The notes below the pieces were generated by a model. It saw nothing but the letters and a program-made list of their open reading frames with translations. It did no database searches and was not told where the DNA came from. This document shows, piece after piece, positions 1 through 12,240 of a stretch of DNA of 64,000 nucleotides. Origin of the DNA: Octopus vulgaris. Taxonomy: Eukaryota. The first letter of the stretch is position 1; every line of letters starts with the position of its first letter. Made by a program: the position numbers and the translations under genes. The stretch covers positions 81,902,001 to 81,966,000 of the forward strand of contig OX597822.1 of the NCBI GenBank assembly GCA_951406725.2, written 5' to 3'.

Positions 1-15
1 AATAAGAGTGCTAAA

Positions 16-435
16 CCGTATTTAATTGTGAATATAAGTCACATTATACTCTTTTACTTGTTTCAGTCATTTGACTGCGGCCATGCTGGAGCACCGCCTT
101 TAGTTGAGCAAATCGACCCCAGAACTTAATCTTTGTAAGCCTAGTACTTATTCTATCTGTTTCTTTTGCCGAACTGCTAAGTTACGGGAACGTAAATACA
201 CCTGCACCGGTTGTCAAGCAATGTAGGGGGACAAACACAGACACACACACACACACACATATATATACATATGTACAGCGGGCTTCTTTTCAGTTTCTAT
301 CAACCAAATCCACCCACAAGGCTGTGGTCAGCCCAAGGCTATAATAGAAGACACTTGCCCAAGCTAAGTTATGGCGACGTAAACACACCAGCATCGGTTG
401 TCAAGCGATGTTGGGGGGGGGGGGAACAAACACAG

Positions 436-473
<38 letters not shown>

Positions 474-742
474 GACGGGCTTCTTTCAGTTTCCGTCTAC
501 CAAATCCACTCACAAGGCTTGCCGAAGGTGCCATGTAGTGTGACTGAACCCAGGACCATGTGGTTGGTAAGCAAGCTACTTACCACACAGCCACTCCTGT
601 GCCTATATATTATATTTGAATTTTAACTGAAAACTAGGTGTGACTTATACATGTGGCAAAGCTAAAACTTGGAAGTGAAGAAATTTTGCATCGTGATTTA
701 ACTCTAAATTAGGTATGCAGTTTATACACCGGTAGAACTGAT
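16..742. mobile_element. pogo/Tigger-like MITE interrupted by a SINE
   Basis: ccgtattt left end and ...gcagtttatacaccggta right region; homologous interrupted copy at 13054-13671. Confidence 0.5.
48..603 (-). mobile_element. tRNA-derived CORE-type SINE (family A), internally duplicated
   Basis: A/B-box head, accttgggcaagt CORE-like motif, internal (TA)n(TG)n, gtaaaaga tail; sequence restarts at ~363. Confidence 0.85.
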
Positions 743-927
743 ATGTGTGCACATGTATAAATAAAACAAGACCAATTCCAAGCAGGGATGTAATGACTCA
801 TTACTTTTGAGTAAGTCATCTCTGCAGCATTTCATATCGTACATCCAAACATATTTCCATATGTAATATATTCAAGTATATAAACAAATACATAAATAAT
901 ACATACACACACATATATAAAATTATA

Positions 928-1308
928 GACGTAGGAGTGGCTGTGTGGTAAGTAGCTTGCTAACCAACCACATGGTTCCGGGTTCAGTTCCACTGCATGG
1001 CACTTTGGGCAAGTGTCTTCTACTACAGCCTCAGGCCGACCAAAACCTTGTGAATGGATTTGGTTGACGGAAACTGAAAGAAGCCCATCATATATATAAA
1101 TGTGTATGTTTGTGTGTCTGTGTTTGTCCCCCCCATCATCGCTTGGCAACTGATGTTGGTGTGTTTACGTCTCGTAATTTAACAGTTTAGTAAAAGACAC
1201 TGATAGAATAAGTACTAGGCTGACAAAGAATAAGTCTGCAGTCGATTTGTTTGACTAAAGGCGATGCTCTAGCATGGCCGCAATCAAATGACTGTAAAAA
1301 TAGAATAA
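928..1308 (+). mobile_element. SINE family A
   Basis: Full-length match to other copies in the window. Confidence 0.85.
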
Positions 1309-1763
1309 AATATATATATAAAGAAATTCTCATCACAGTCACATGACCTGCTAGAAATAGCAACCAAATCACCCTCAAACCACACTTTACCATTCTCGAA
1401 ATGGACAGTCATCAATGTGGTCCCACATGCTCAATGCTTGGTGGGGGAAATATTCAGCACCCCACATACTCACCACCATCACCCTCAAAACAAAAATTAA
1501 ATGATCATGACTTTTGATTGTTGGTCAGCTTGTTCAGTGCAGACTTGGAGTTAAGCAACAGCACTCACACACACACACACACACACACACACCTTGGTTT
1601 CTTCCCCCAATTAATTCTTTGTGATTTTTTTTTCTTTTTCCTGTTTTCTGGTGAAAATCAGTTTATGATGGACAGACATTTGGGAGCCCTGAATATTGTT
1701 TTTTTAATTGGTAGGTCTGAAGGGATGGGGTGTTCTTAACAACATTTGTAGTCCTTTTGAGAT

Positions 1764-2713
1764 CAGGAGTTCTCAACAGGGGTCCATATAAGATTTTATC
1801 GTTAAAATTTATCTGCAATAAATTGCTTATATTTCTACAAAATAGGCACAGGTATGGCTGTGTAGCAAGAAGCTTGCTTCATAACCACATGGTTCTGGGT
1901 TCAGTCCCATTGTGTGGCACCTTGGGCAAGTGTCTTCTACTATAGCTTCAGGCTGACCAAAGCCTTATGAGTAGATTTAGTAGATGGAAATTGAAAGAAG
2001 CCCATCATATATATATATGTGTGTGTGTTTGTGCCCCCACCATCGTTTGACAACCAATGTAGGTGTGTTTACGTCTCTGTAACTTAGCAGTTCAGCACAA
2101 GAGACCAATAGAATAAGTACTAGGCTTACTAAGAATAAGTCTTAGGGTGGATTTGTTCAACTAAACACAGTGTTCCAGAATGGCCACAGTCAAATGACTG
2201 AAACTAATAAACTAAATAAACAAAACATTTTAATTCTTTTATACAATTCCTAATAATATTTAACCAAAAGAAAACAGTTAGATTTTTTTTTTCCAGAGCA
2301 CTCAGCTTTAACATTTACTCTTTGATTAACTGATGCTCTGTTCTCCTTTTTAACGCTTTCGTGTTTAGACTCGTCATATCTGCCCCCAAATACTCTACAT
2401 GTTTTATATTCAAACTATCCCTATCTAGCCTCTCAGACCTAACCGACATTGTCATTCTAAAAATAAATAATCGTCCACTCTGCTGAGTGGTTGGTGTTAG
2501 GAAAGGCATCCAGCTGTAAAAATCCTGCCAAAACAGTCACAAAAGTCAGGTGCAGGCTTCGGCCTGGCCAGCTTTTGTGGTACTGTCCCCACCCATGCTA
2601 GCATGGAACACAACATTAAACGATGATGATAATGATCAAATGGCTATGGAGGTCCAATAGAATAAAACAGGAATCAGAGGTGCCCATGGATAAAAAATGG
2701 TTGAGAACAACTG
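1764..2713 (+). mobile_element. hAT(Charlie)-like MITE with nested insertions
   Basis: TIR caggagttctcaac / gttgagaacaactg; decayed 8-bp TSD tttgagat / tgtaagat; uninterrupted copies at 11600-11842, 16636-16873 and 36191-36454. Confidence 0.75.
1845..2212 (+). mobile_element. SINE family A nested in a hAT-like MITE
   Basis: Full-length match; interrupts the MITE at 1764-2713. Confidence 0.85.
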
Positions 2714-2989
2714 TGTAAGATCAATTCAGTTGTGTTGCTGCAGTGGGGCTAAGGAAGGAATTGCAATGGGTATCTGTTGATATTAGAAGCGGAAATAAAA
2801 TTTAAAGTAGGCTAAATATTATCAATAGAATTTGAAGACAATGCTTAGTTACCATTATTGTTCAGTTAAATTTGAATCTTAGGAAACAAGGACAGCCTCG
2901 AAGAGAAAGCAGCAAATTGGTTGCCAGGGTGCTTTGTTTGTATGGCCTAATCGGTGGAGAAAGTGTACAGCACTTTTTATTCTTTTATT

Positions 2990-3381
2990 TTCTTTTACTT
3001 GTTTCAGTTATTTAACTGCGACCATGCTGGAGCACCACCTTTTAGTTGAGCAAATCGACCCCAGGACTTATTCTTTGTAAGCCTAGTACTTATTCTATCG
3101 GTCTCTTTTTGCCAAACCACCAAGTTACGGGGATGTAAACACACCAGCATTGCATGTCAAGCGATGTTGGTGGGGTGGGGGCAAATACAGACACACAAAC
3201 ACATGTATATATACATATATACGATGGGCTTCTTTCAGTTTCCATCTACCAAATCCACTCACAAGGCTTTGGTCGGTCCGAGGTTATCATAAAAGACACT
3301 TGCCCAACATGCCACACAGTGGGACTGAACCCGGAACCGTGTGGTTGGTAAGCAAGCTACTTAACACACCAGTACAGCCAT
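2990..3381 (-). mobile_element. SINE family A
   Basis: Full-length reverse match. Confidence 0.85.
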
Positions 3382-4564
3382 GATTAACAAGGAAATGGAA
3401 GCAGAATGGACTTAAGAGACAGGTGGTATTACGGTGGGTAACAGTGAAGGTTAGGGATCTGAGTTCAAACTGTCTCCTCTCCAAGTGAGGACTAGTGGAA
3501 GAGGGCAAAGGAAAGTTATTTAAAAGGAAGGAAGAGAATGAAAATGAAAACTTAGGTCAGCATCTAGCATGCCCTCTGGCAGGGCAATGAGAGAACTGTG
3601 GCAGGGATATGTGTAGAAGGAGTAATAAACAGACAAAAGAATAGAATAGAATTTAACTGTTTGTGTGAGCCGACTTGTTGTCTGCCAAGGCAAACAGCGC
3701 TACGAGTGGGGCAGGGAGTGTTTGGCCTATAATCAAAAGAAGAAACTTGTGAAGCAGAAGATATTTTCATCAAACGAATGACATATTGATTTGGACAGAT
3801 TCTTGTTTGTCAGTGTCTTTACATGATGAACTAACCACATCTATTAACCCCCAACAAAGAAAAAAAGTTTCAGTCTTTAATACTTAATTCATTTAACTAT
3901 ATCTCAAGTCAAGTACATGTATGTGCTTTACATGCATTCACACACACACATATTTACACATAGACATTTATACTTATAAACACACACACAACCTCATCAT
4001 AATAGCGAGAGGTGGTGGTCATCGTCATTTTTGTTGTTACAATTCTCAAATAAATTGTATTTTCTGCTCTCCTCCAGAATATTCAAGCTTAGCTAAGGGC
4101 CCTGGTCTCTTGCCATATTTCTTAATGAACCATCGTAAAATTACAGCCAAATTGACCAAGAGAGAAACCACCTCGAAACAATTAAGTTTCTCATCTTAAT
4201 CAATACCAGTTTGATGGTAAACAATATATTGATAGTGAAGAATTCGGTATTTAGAGAAATTTTTTGCAATCCTTTCAATCCATGGTGGTGAAATGAGCAG
4301 AAACTGCTACATGTGCTGAATTTCATTAAAGGAAAGAAAAGAAAGAAGTGAAATGATATGTTACAAATGGATGACATATTCGTTGGCATGGATTCTTGTG
4401 CTCCCTGTCCTTGGACAAATATATTTGATGCCAGCCTTGGACTAATCGATGTCTTGAGTAAGGAAGTAGATGGTAATTATGCAGAATCCCATATATATAG
4501 TCAGACGCCATGATAGATCATTAGCCACTACACACATTTTTTTCTCTCCTTGTTTTGTGTGTCC

Positions 4565-4600
4565 CTTTCTGTAGAAGAGCGTTGGCTCGAAACATAAAAG
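4565..4600 (+). ncRNA. Hammerhead-like motif in a third repeat family (unit ~4512-4700)
   Basis: CTTT-CTGTAGA-a-GAGC(gttg)GCTC-GAAA-CATA-AAAG: stems I and II pair; core position 6 is non-canonical; CATA may be decayed CGTA. Confidence 0.5.
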
Positions 4601-6485
4601 ACTTTTTCTATTCCTGAGCATTATACTAATACCTCTGTTTGTTTTGTACACCACCTGTCTTCATCTTTTGTTTTTTTTGTAAACTCTCCCTATATATATA
4701 TATATATATATATATACAAGCTTGCTTACCAACCACATGGTTCTGGGTTCTGTCCCACTGCATAGCCTCGGGCCGACCAAAGCCTTGTGAGTGGATTTGG
4801 TAGATGCTGGTTGGAGTTCTACCTGCAGTTCAGAATGACCTGCTGCTACAACTCCAATCAGCACCACCACCACGGTCACTACTACTCTCACCACCACCAC
4901 CAACGGTCTCTGCTATTACGGCTAATGGTCATTTTCAACAATTGGCTCATGTAGCTCTATTGCTAAATAGTGGAACTTGTTTTTGACTACACACTACACA
5001 GTGATTGGCACCTTTGAAGTTGGTAGGATTGACATGTCAGAGGTTACAAGACAATCCATTACACAGTGGCTGGCACCTTTCAGGTTACTTCCTTTGAGAT
5101 CTGGAACTACACAACATTTCAGAGTTTGAAAACCTCAAGTCATAACACCAAGGACTTGAGTGTGGCTTTATAACAACATTGTGTCAACTTTTCAACTGAC
5201 TTGATGCTTCATGTATGACTAACAACCAATAAACAGAGACAAACTTCCAAAGACAGGTAAATAAGTACAACTTCAACATGGTCAGCTGACATCTGTATAT
5301 GTTTATATTATGTAATTGCTTTTTTAACAATGTACTCAGTGACATGTATTTATTATTGTTAACCCAGGGGCGTGTGGGGAGGGGTTAGTTTTACCTTATA
5401 ACATCGAGTTTTTTTTGTTTTGTTTTTTTGTCTTTCATCCCTTGACATATTGACAAAATTTAATTTGTTATTATTGGCATTGTCTTTTATTTCTCTCCCT
5501 CACCCCCACCCACCAATGCTTGATGACTCTCCAGATGGCATCTTTCAGTAGGACAGATTTAACTAAGTACCAGTTTAGCTCTGTAGTTAGCTAGATCAAT
5601 AGAGATAGCCTCTAGTTTGTTTGATATTATCAATGGCAGCTGAGGTTGTTTCTCATGTCTGAGAATTTCCATTTTTCCCTGTTGAAGAACTATTAACAGG
5701 AAGAAATGCCAGAGTGACTCTCGCTTTGGTTTCAAGACCACCATCTGTGGCACATAGATATAGGTAGTATAACATGATAGAATTGGACTGTCATCAATAC
5801 AGAATGGTGCCTTCTGAGCCACATTGCTGGCCTTTCCCTTTTCCACCACTCTCAAAGTGGTTGACGTTAGGAAGGGCATCAAGCTGTAGAAACTGTGCCA
5901 GATCAGATTGGAGCCTGGTGCAGCCATCTGGTTCACCAGTCCTCAGTCAAATCGTCCAACCAATGCTAGCATGGAAAGCAGACGTTAAACGATGATGATG
6001 ATGATTCACTTCAGCCATTGTTATTTTCTATGTTTGTTCTGTAGTTGAGGTTCTTCAAGAGGATTTGGTCATGTTCCGTCTGGATTATTGCCTTCAGCCT
6101 CATATTTGTTTTACACCCATTTTTTTTTTTTCGAAGATGGTTCTGCATTGGACAGACTCAAAATATCTTGTATCAGTAATCATTGTAACCCTTCGTGTTT
6201 TAGCACACATAACAACAGAATGATTGACTCTGTTGTTGTGCTGGTCAGATTTCCATGACTAGATTTCCTCACCAACACTATTTCACAGCTTGGACTATAT
6301 GCATTTTATTATGCCATCTGCATAGAAGGATTGGCGTAACGAAACCAAGGATTCTCCTCTCTCGCTTCTGTTCTTTCATGTGGAATGGTTTTTAAAAATT
6401 TTTTATATCACTGGATGTTTTTCATATCGTCAACAACTACACAGTTTGTACTGGTTGTATTTTACAGTGCCACATGTGTGGATAA

Positions 6486-6810
6486 GCCTCGCCTGGCCCC
6501 CGTGCCGGTGGCACGTAAAAAGCACCATACGATCGTGGCCGTTGCCAGCCTCGCCTGGCCCCCGTGCTGGTGGCACGTAAAAAGCACCATCCGTCCGTGG
6601 CCGTTTGCCAGCTCTGTCTGGCACCTGTGCGGGTGGCACGTAAAAAGCACCCACTACACTCACGGAGTGGTTGGCGTTAGGAAGGGCATCCAGCCGTAGA
6701 AACACTGCCAGATCAGACTGGGCCTGATGCAGCCTTCTGGCTTCACAGACCCCAGTTGAACCGTCCAACCCATGCTAGCATGGAAAGCGGACGCTAAATG
6801 ATGATGATGA
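6486..6810 (+). mobile_element. RTE-type retroposon 3' end with three 62-63 bp tandem units and (gat)n tail
   Basis: gagtggttggcgttaggaagggcatccagccgta...ccatgctagcatgg...gatgatgat; related tails at 2475-2635, 5845-6004, 8045-8330(-) and 39780-39960(-). Confidence 0.7.
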
Positions 6811-7715
6811 TATATATATATATTAGTGCAGATGTGGCTGTTGGTTAAGAAGTTTGCTTCCCAACCACTTGGTTTCAGGTTCAGTCCTGCTGTGTGACAC
6901 ACACACATATGGGTAGTGTGTATGTTTATGTCTTCCTGTCTTGACATCACATAATTGTTGTGATTGAGGAGGTGATGATGATGTATTTTCTTTTAACCTC
7001 TCAGCTGTGGCCATTTCCACAACCCTCCTTCATTTAGTTTTGTTTCTTGCCACGGTGTTGGTCCAACTGGGAGCTAATATAAAAAGATGCACAAGGTTTT
7101 CTTAAAAACTAATACATCTACTCTATGTAGCTTTCTTAAGATTTTTAGCAAGGCACTGAAGAAATGTAGGTCATTGAGCCCTAAACTGTTACATTATTCA
7201 GATCTGATTCTTGATGGGGTGGGTGGGACCTGTGATATTCTGCAATGACATTTTCTTAGTGGATTGGTACAGCTTTCACTCTCAAAATTTGATGCTAAAC
7301 CCTCCAGGATTTTCTATATATATCTATATCTATGTATGTATGTATATATGTATGTATTCATATCTTGCATGCCTTTATTCTTGGGAATAGCATCACTGTT
7401 CTTTTAACCTCTACCAGTTGCAATGAGCCAAACATTTTTGGGTAACAGTGTTACTGCTTCAGGTTCCATTCTTAGTTTGATAGCACACACACACACACAC
7501 ACACACACATGTATAAGAATATCTCAAAGCACACACATAATACTATAAATAATGGGTTGAAAACCCCACTATTCATATGTTATTATTTATAACGTTATGT
7601 GCGTGCTTTGAGATATTCCAATTATCTCAGAAAATAATTAGTTCACGTTCTCTCAAAAGTTTATAAAATTCTTATGACATACACACATTCACAATCTTAT
7701 CTATGTGTGTATGTA

Positions 7716-7766
<51 letters not shown>

Positions 7767-7767
<1 letters not shown>

Positions 7768-7995
7768 GGTGGCAAGCTGGCAGAAACGTTAGCACACCAG
7801 GCAAAATTCTCAATAGTATTTCATCTGTTGTTACATCCTGAGATCAGTTTCTGCTGACGCCAACTTAGCCTTTCAACCGATCAAAGTCAATTAAATAAGT
7901 ACCAGTTATGCACTGGGGTCGATGTAATTGTCTTAATCCCTTTGTCTTTCCTTGTTTGTCCCCTCTATGTTTAGCTCCCTGTGGGCAATAAAAAA
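7767..7995 (+). mobile_element. tRNA-derived SINE family B
   Basis: ggcggcgagctggcagaa head, gagttcaaattcc B box and gactttgcctttcatcctttcggggtcgat core, all decayed. Confidence 0.75.
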
Positions 7996-8560
7996 ATATA
8001 TATATACTAAAAATTAAAATAAACAGTCAGGCACTATGTGATACCATCATGATCATTATTATTTAACGTCTGTTGTTCATGCTGGCATGGGTTGGACGGT
8101 TTGACCAGGATTGGTAAGCTAGAAGGCTGTACTAAACTCCAGACTGATTTGGCATGGTTTTCTATGGTTAGATGCCCTTCCTAATGCCAACCACTCCGAG
8201 GGTCATTTTTACATGCCACCAGTATGGGTACTATTTGCATGACACCAGGGTGTGTTTACATGCCACCGGTACAGGTGCCAATTTGTGTGACACTGGTATC
8301 CTCCACAACTGTGGTTTTGCTCAGCTTAGGATGCTGGAGCACCTACATTGCTAGAAATAAGAGTTAAAATACTCCTAATGCTGTAGGAAGAGTGCATAGA
8401 GTCTATATACACACACACACACATGGGGCACAATTGTTGTAAATAAATGTCACTATCATACAATACAGATGTGCTTTCAGTGAAAGCACATCTGGAAATA
8501 ATAACAACATTAACAACATTTGTTGTCACCACCAGCTTAATAATAATAGTAATAATAATA

Positions 8561-8987
8561 ATCCTTTCTACAATAAGCACAAGGCCTGAAATTTTGTGGG
8601 AGGGGACTACTCAATCATATCAACTCCAGTGTTTCACTGGTACTTATTTCATTGACCCCAAAAGGATGAAAGACAAAGTCGACCTTGGCAAGATTTGAAC
8701 TGAGAACTTAGCGACAAGTGAAATACTGCCAAGCATCTTGCCCAGTGTGCTAACGATTCTGCCAGCTCACCACCTAAAAGGAAGGAAATAATCTTTTCTA
8801 CTCTAGACACAAGTCCTGAAATTTGTGTTAGATCGACCCCAGTACACAACTGGTACTCAATTTATTGACCCCGAAAGGATGAAAGGCAAAGTCGACCTCA
8901 ACGGAATTTGAACCCATAACATAGTAACAGGCAAAATACTGCTAAGCATTTCGTCCAGCATGCTAACGATTCTGCCTGCTTGCCGCC

Positions 8988-9026
<39 letters not shown>

Positions 9027-9240
9027 GTTTCAAATTTTGGCACAAGGCCAGCAATTTCAAAAGAATAGATGTGTCAATTACATTGACCCCAGTGCTCTGG
9101 TACTTATTTTATTGACCCAAAAAAAGGATGAAAGGCAAAGTCCACCTCGGCAGAATTTGAACTCAGCATGTGAAGATGGACGAAATGCCACTAAGCATTT
9201 TGCCACACGTGCTAACGATTCTGCCAGCTGACCACCTTCT
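8561..9240 (-). mobile_element. Three tandem family B SINEs separated by (aat)n
   Basis: Three consecutive reverse matches. Confidence 0.8.
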
Positions 9241-9654
9241 TAATAATAACAATAATAATAACAACAACAATGATAATCACCAAGGTAAAGATAAAACTGG
9301 TCCTGCCTGCAGCTGCAAAGTGGAACGGATTAGCATCTGTGGTAAACACCTGTCCTGTTGTTGTCGGGAGGAGTGGGTAGAGATGATGATTATGAATGAG
9401 ATGACAGTAATCATTATACTTGTTCGTTTATTTTACAAGCTACAATGCCTAAGGAAGATTTTCGAATATCACACATTTGCATGTGTGTGTGTAATGTAAT
9501 GTGGTAGAAATAGTTTGATGTGTGTTGTGGAGTAAATACGTTTTAGTTAAAGCTTTGTATTTTCTCTGTGGCTTCAGGTTCCTTGCTAGACAGGCAATCT
9601 TTATATTAACAAAAAAGTTTTAAATGCTAATGTGTCTAAAATATTTTAAATATT

Positions 9655-10030
9655 TGTGTGGTAAGTAGCTTGCTAACCAACCACATGGTTCCGGGTTCAG
9701 TCCCACTGCGTGGCATCTTGGGCAAGTGTTTTCTGCTATAGCCCCGGGCCGACCAATGCCTTGTGAGTGGATTTGGTAGACGGAAACTGTAAGAAGCCTG
9801 TCGTATATATGTATATATATATATATATGTGTGTGGGTGGGTTTGTGTGTCTGTGTTTGTCCCCCTAGCATTGCTTGACAACCGATGCTGGTGTGTTTAC
9901 GTCCCCGTCACTTAGCAGTTCGGCAAAAGAGACCGATAGAATAAGTCCCGGGGTCAATTTCATTGACTAAAGGCGGTGCTCCAGCATGGCTGCAGTCAAA
10001 TGACTGAAACAAATAAAAGAGTAAAGAGTA
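9655..10030 (+). mobile_element. SINE family A
   Basis: Near full-length match. Confidence 0.85.
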
Positions 10031-10504
10031 TACCACCTCAAAAAAAAAAACTAGTAATACAAGTAGTCAACTTTAATATAGAGAGATAGACATCTTCTTC
10101 ATCATTTTAACGTCAACTCTTCCATGTTTGTTTGGGTCAGACAAGTGTATGTTGGGGTAGGGTTTTCTACAGCTGGATGCTCTTCCTGTCACCAACCCTC
10201 ATTTGGAAACAAGTGAGGTAATAATTTCCCAGTTTATCAAACGACAAACTGCCTAAACATGTTCCTGTGAAGACCCGGGAACAAATGACTGGATGAATAC
10301 CCCACTTTTTTTTTTGCCATGATTGCATAACATATCTCTTTTATGTATGTATATATGTATGCATATTATGTGTAAGCCAGCAAGTTGGCAGATACATGCA
10401 TGCATGTGCGTGTGTGTGTATTGAAATTGTAATTGTAATGATCTTTTTGACGTTGACTGATGTGGAATTAGCTATGAATTTTTTTAATGTTTTTTTTTAA
10501 CACA

Positions 10505-10901
10505 CACGCGCATGTATCCAGAGTTGTATTTAATAAAAGGTTATTTCAGTTCCATGGCCCTCAATATTTGCTTAGTGCAGATGAATGTCCAGACCTTCAA
10601 AATCATAGTAAGAAGAATTTAAAGACCCGGCAATCACATACAGCTAGCTGGCATTCAATTGGCGTATCAAGTTTCGGGCATTTTGATTGGGATTTGGATA
10701 GAAAATTTACAAAAAGTCACTTCTGTTGATTTTTTTTAATGGCTTTGCTGGGTGACTGGGGAAATGTAAAGATGTGCACGACCACCCTTGGATGGTTTTG
10801 AATGACCATAGAAAGTGTGAGCCCTCTAACTGAAAAATTGTGGATTTGTATAAAGGATATGCACACACAGACAGACATTTTGCCGTTTATATATATAGAG
10901 A
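10505..10901 (-). mobile_element. Non-autonomous Helitron 5' portion
   Basis: Reverse strand begins tctctatatatataaacggcaaaatgtctgtctgtg, typical of Helitron 5' ends; left boundary uncertain. Confidence 0.5.
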
Positions 10902-11095
10902 TTAATTGGGTGAGGGTAGGCAGTCATTATTGTCTAATTGTATCATATGAATAATTTTATAAAACAGCTGCAGTCATTTGGAAATGGTTTCACATGACTG
11001 TTGGGAATTTGACAATATCAAAAATTGCTTGTGGTGACAGAAAGTTGTTCCACATGGTCAAGCAAGCGATCTAGCAACGTCAGCTTACATGTGTC

Positions 11096-11110
11096 ATGGA
11101 TTGCTGCATG
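11096..11110 (+). CDS. Candidate alternative first coding exon (MDCCM)
   Basis: gtcATGg start context, in-frame upstream TAG at 11072, perfect ATG|gtgagt donor in phase 0, unique sequence; possible acceptor at 10966-10967. Confidence 0.45.
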
Positions 11111-11915
11111 GTGAGTATTAGATGGGGTCTGGCAGACCACAATAATAATAATAATAATAATACATAGAAGGGAAATTATCTCACTATGGACTTAATTTAT
11201 CGGCTCTGAAAGGATGAAATGTAAAGTTGACCTCATCGGAATTTGAACTCAAAACATAGCACCAGGGGAAATACTGCTAAACATTTTGTCTAATATGCTA
11301 AAAATTCTGCCACCTTGCCACCTTCAATAATAATAATGCTGATATCCCATAAAAATCACCTTAGCCCTAACTGAATCCGTGCAGGGGTCACTTAGGGCTA
11401 AGGTGGTCTTTATAGAATATCAGTAGTGGGAGATTATTTCCTTTGTCCATTATGACATCAACTGACATGCTCCTCTTCCAAGTAAAAACATGTATAAAAT
11501 TATCTGATGTTGCTGTTCTGTCAAACTGTTCATATTCTCACCCAGAAACTATCTTTAAGATCTCCCTATTCTGACTTTGTACATCTGATGGAGTAGATGA
11601 GTGGTTCTCAACTGGGGTCTATACAACCCTTCAGGGTCCACTTAAGATTTTGTTGTTAAAATTCATACACCATAGATAGGTTCAACATCTACAATACACA
11701 AAATACAACATTTTAATACAATTCCTAATAATATTTAATTCTAAAAATACAGGATTTTTTGAATATTGAATGGCTATGAGGGTCCAGTTGAGGATGCAGG
11801 AATCAAAGAGGCCCATTGGTAAAAAATGGTTGAGAAACACTGGCTCACCTGTGTCTATGGAACTTGGAGGAATACAGAGCTGAATCAATCTGGATTTTCT
11901 TTTTTTTCTTTACAT

Positions 11916-12240
11916 AGCATGGCTATGTAGTAAGATGCTTGCTTCTCAACCACATGGTTCTGGGTTCAGTCCCACTGCCTGGCACCTTGGGCAAGTGTCT
12001 TCTACTACAGCCTCGGGCCAAGCAAAACCTTGTGAGTGGATTCAGTAGACGGAAACTGAAAGAAGCCTGTCATGTGTGTGTGTTTATGTCCCTATAACTT
12101 AGCAGTTCAGCAAAAGAGAATGATAGAATAAGTACTAGACTTCAAAAAATAAAGTCCTGAGATCAATTTGTCCAACTAAAACCCTTCATGGTGGTGCTCC
12201 AGCATGGCTGCAATCAAATGATTGAAACAAGTAAAAGATA
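11916..12240 (+). mobile_element. SINE family A with internal deletion
   Basis: Head, CORE-like motif and tail present. Confidence 0.8.

Noticed and set aside
211-3383. Recurring ORFs such as YDGLLSVSVYQIHSQGFGRP and LPKVPRSGTEPGTMWLVSKLL
   Set aside because: Translations of family A SINE copies, not proteins.
6486-6652. CRISPR-like repeat-spacer look
   Set aside because: The linkers are homologous to each other, the context is eukaryotic retroposon DNA and no cas genes are present.
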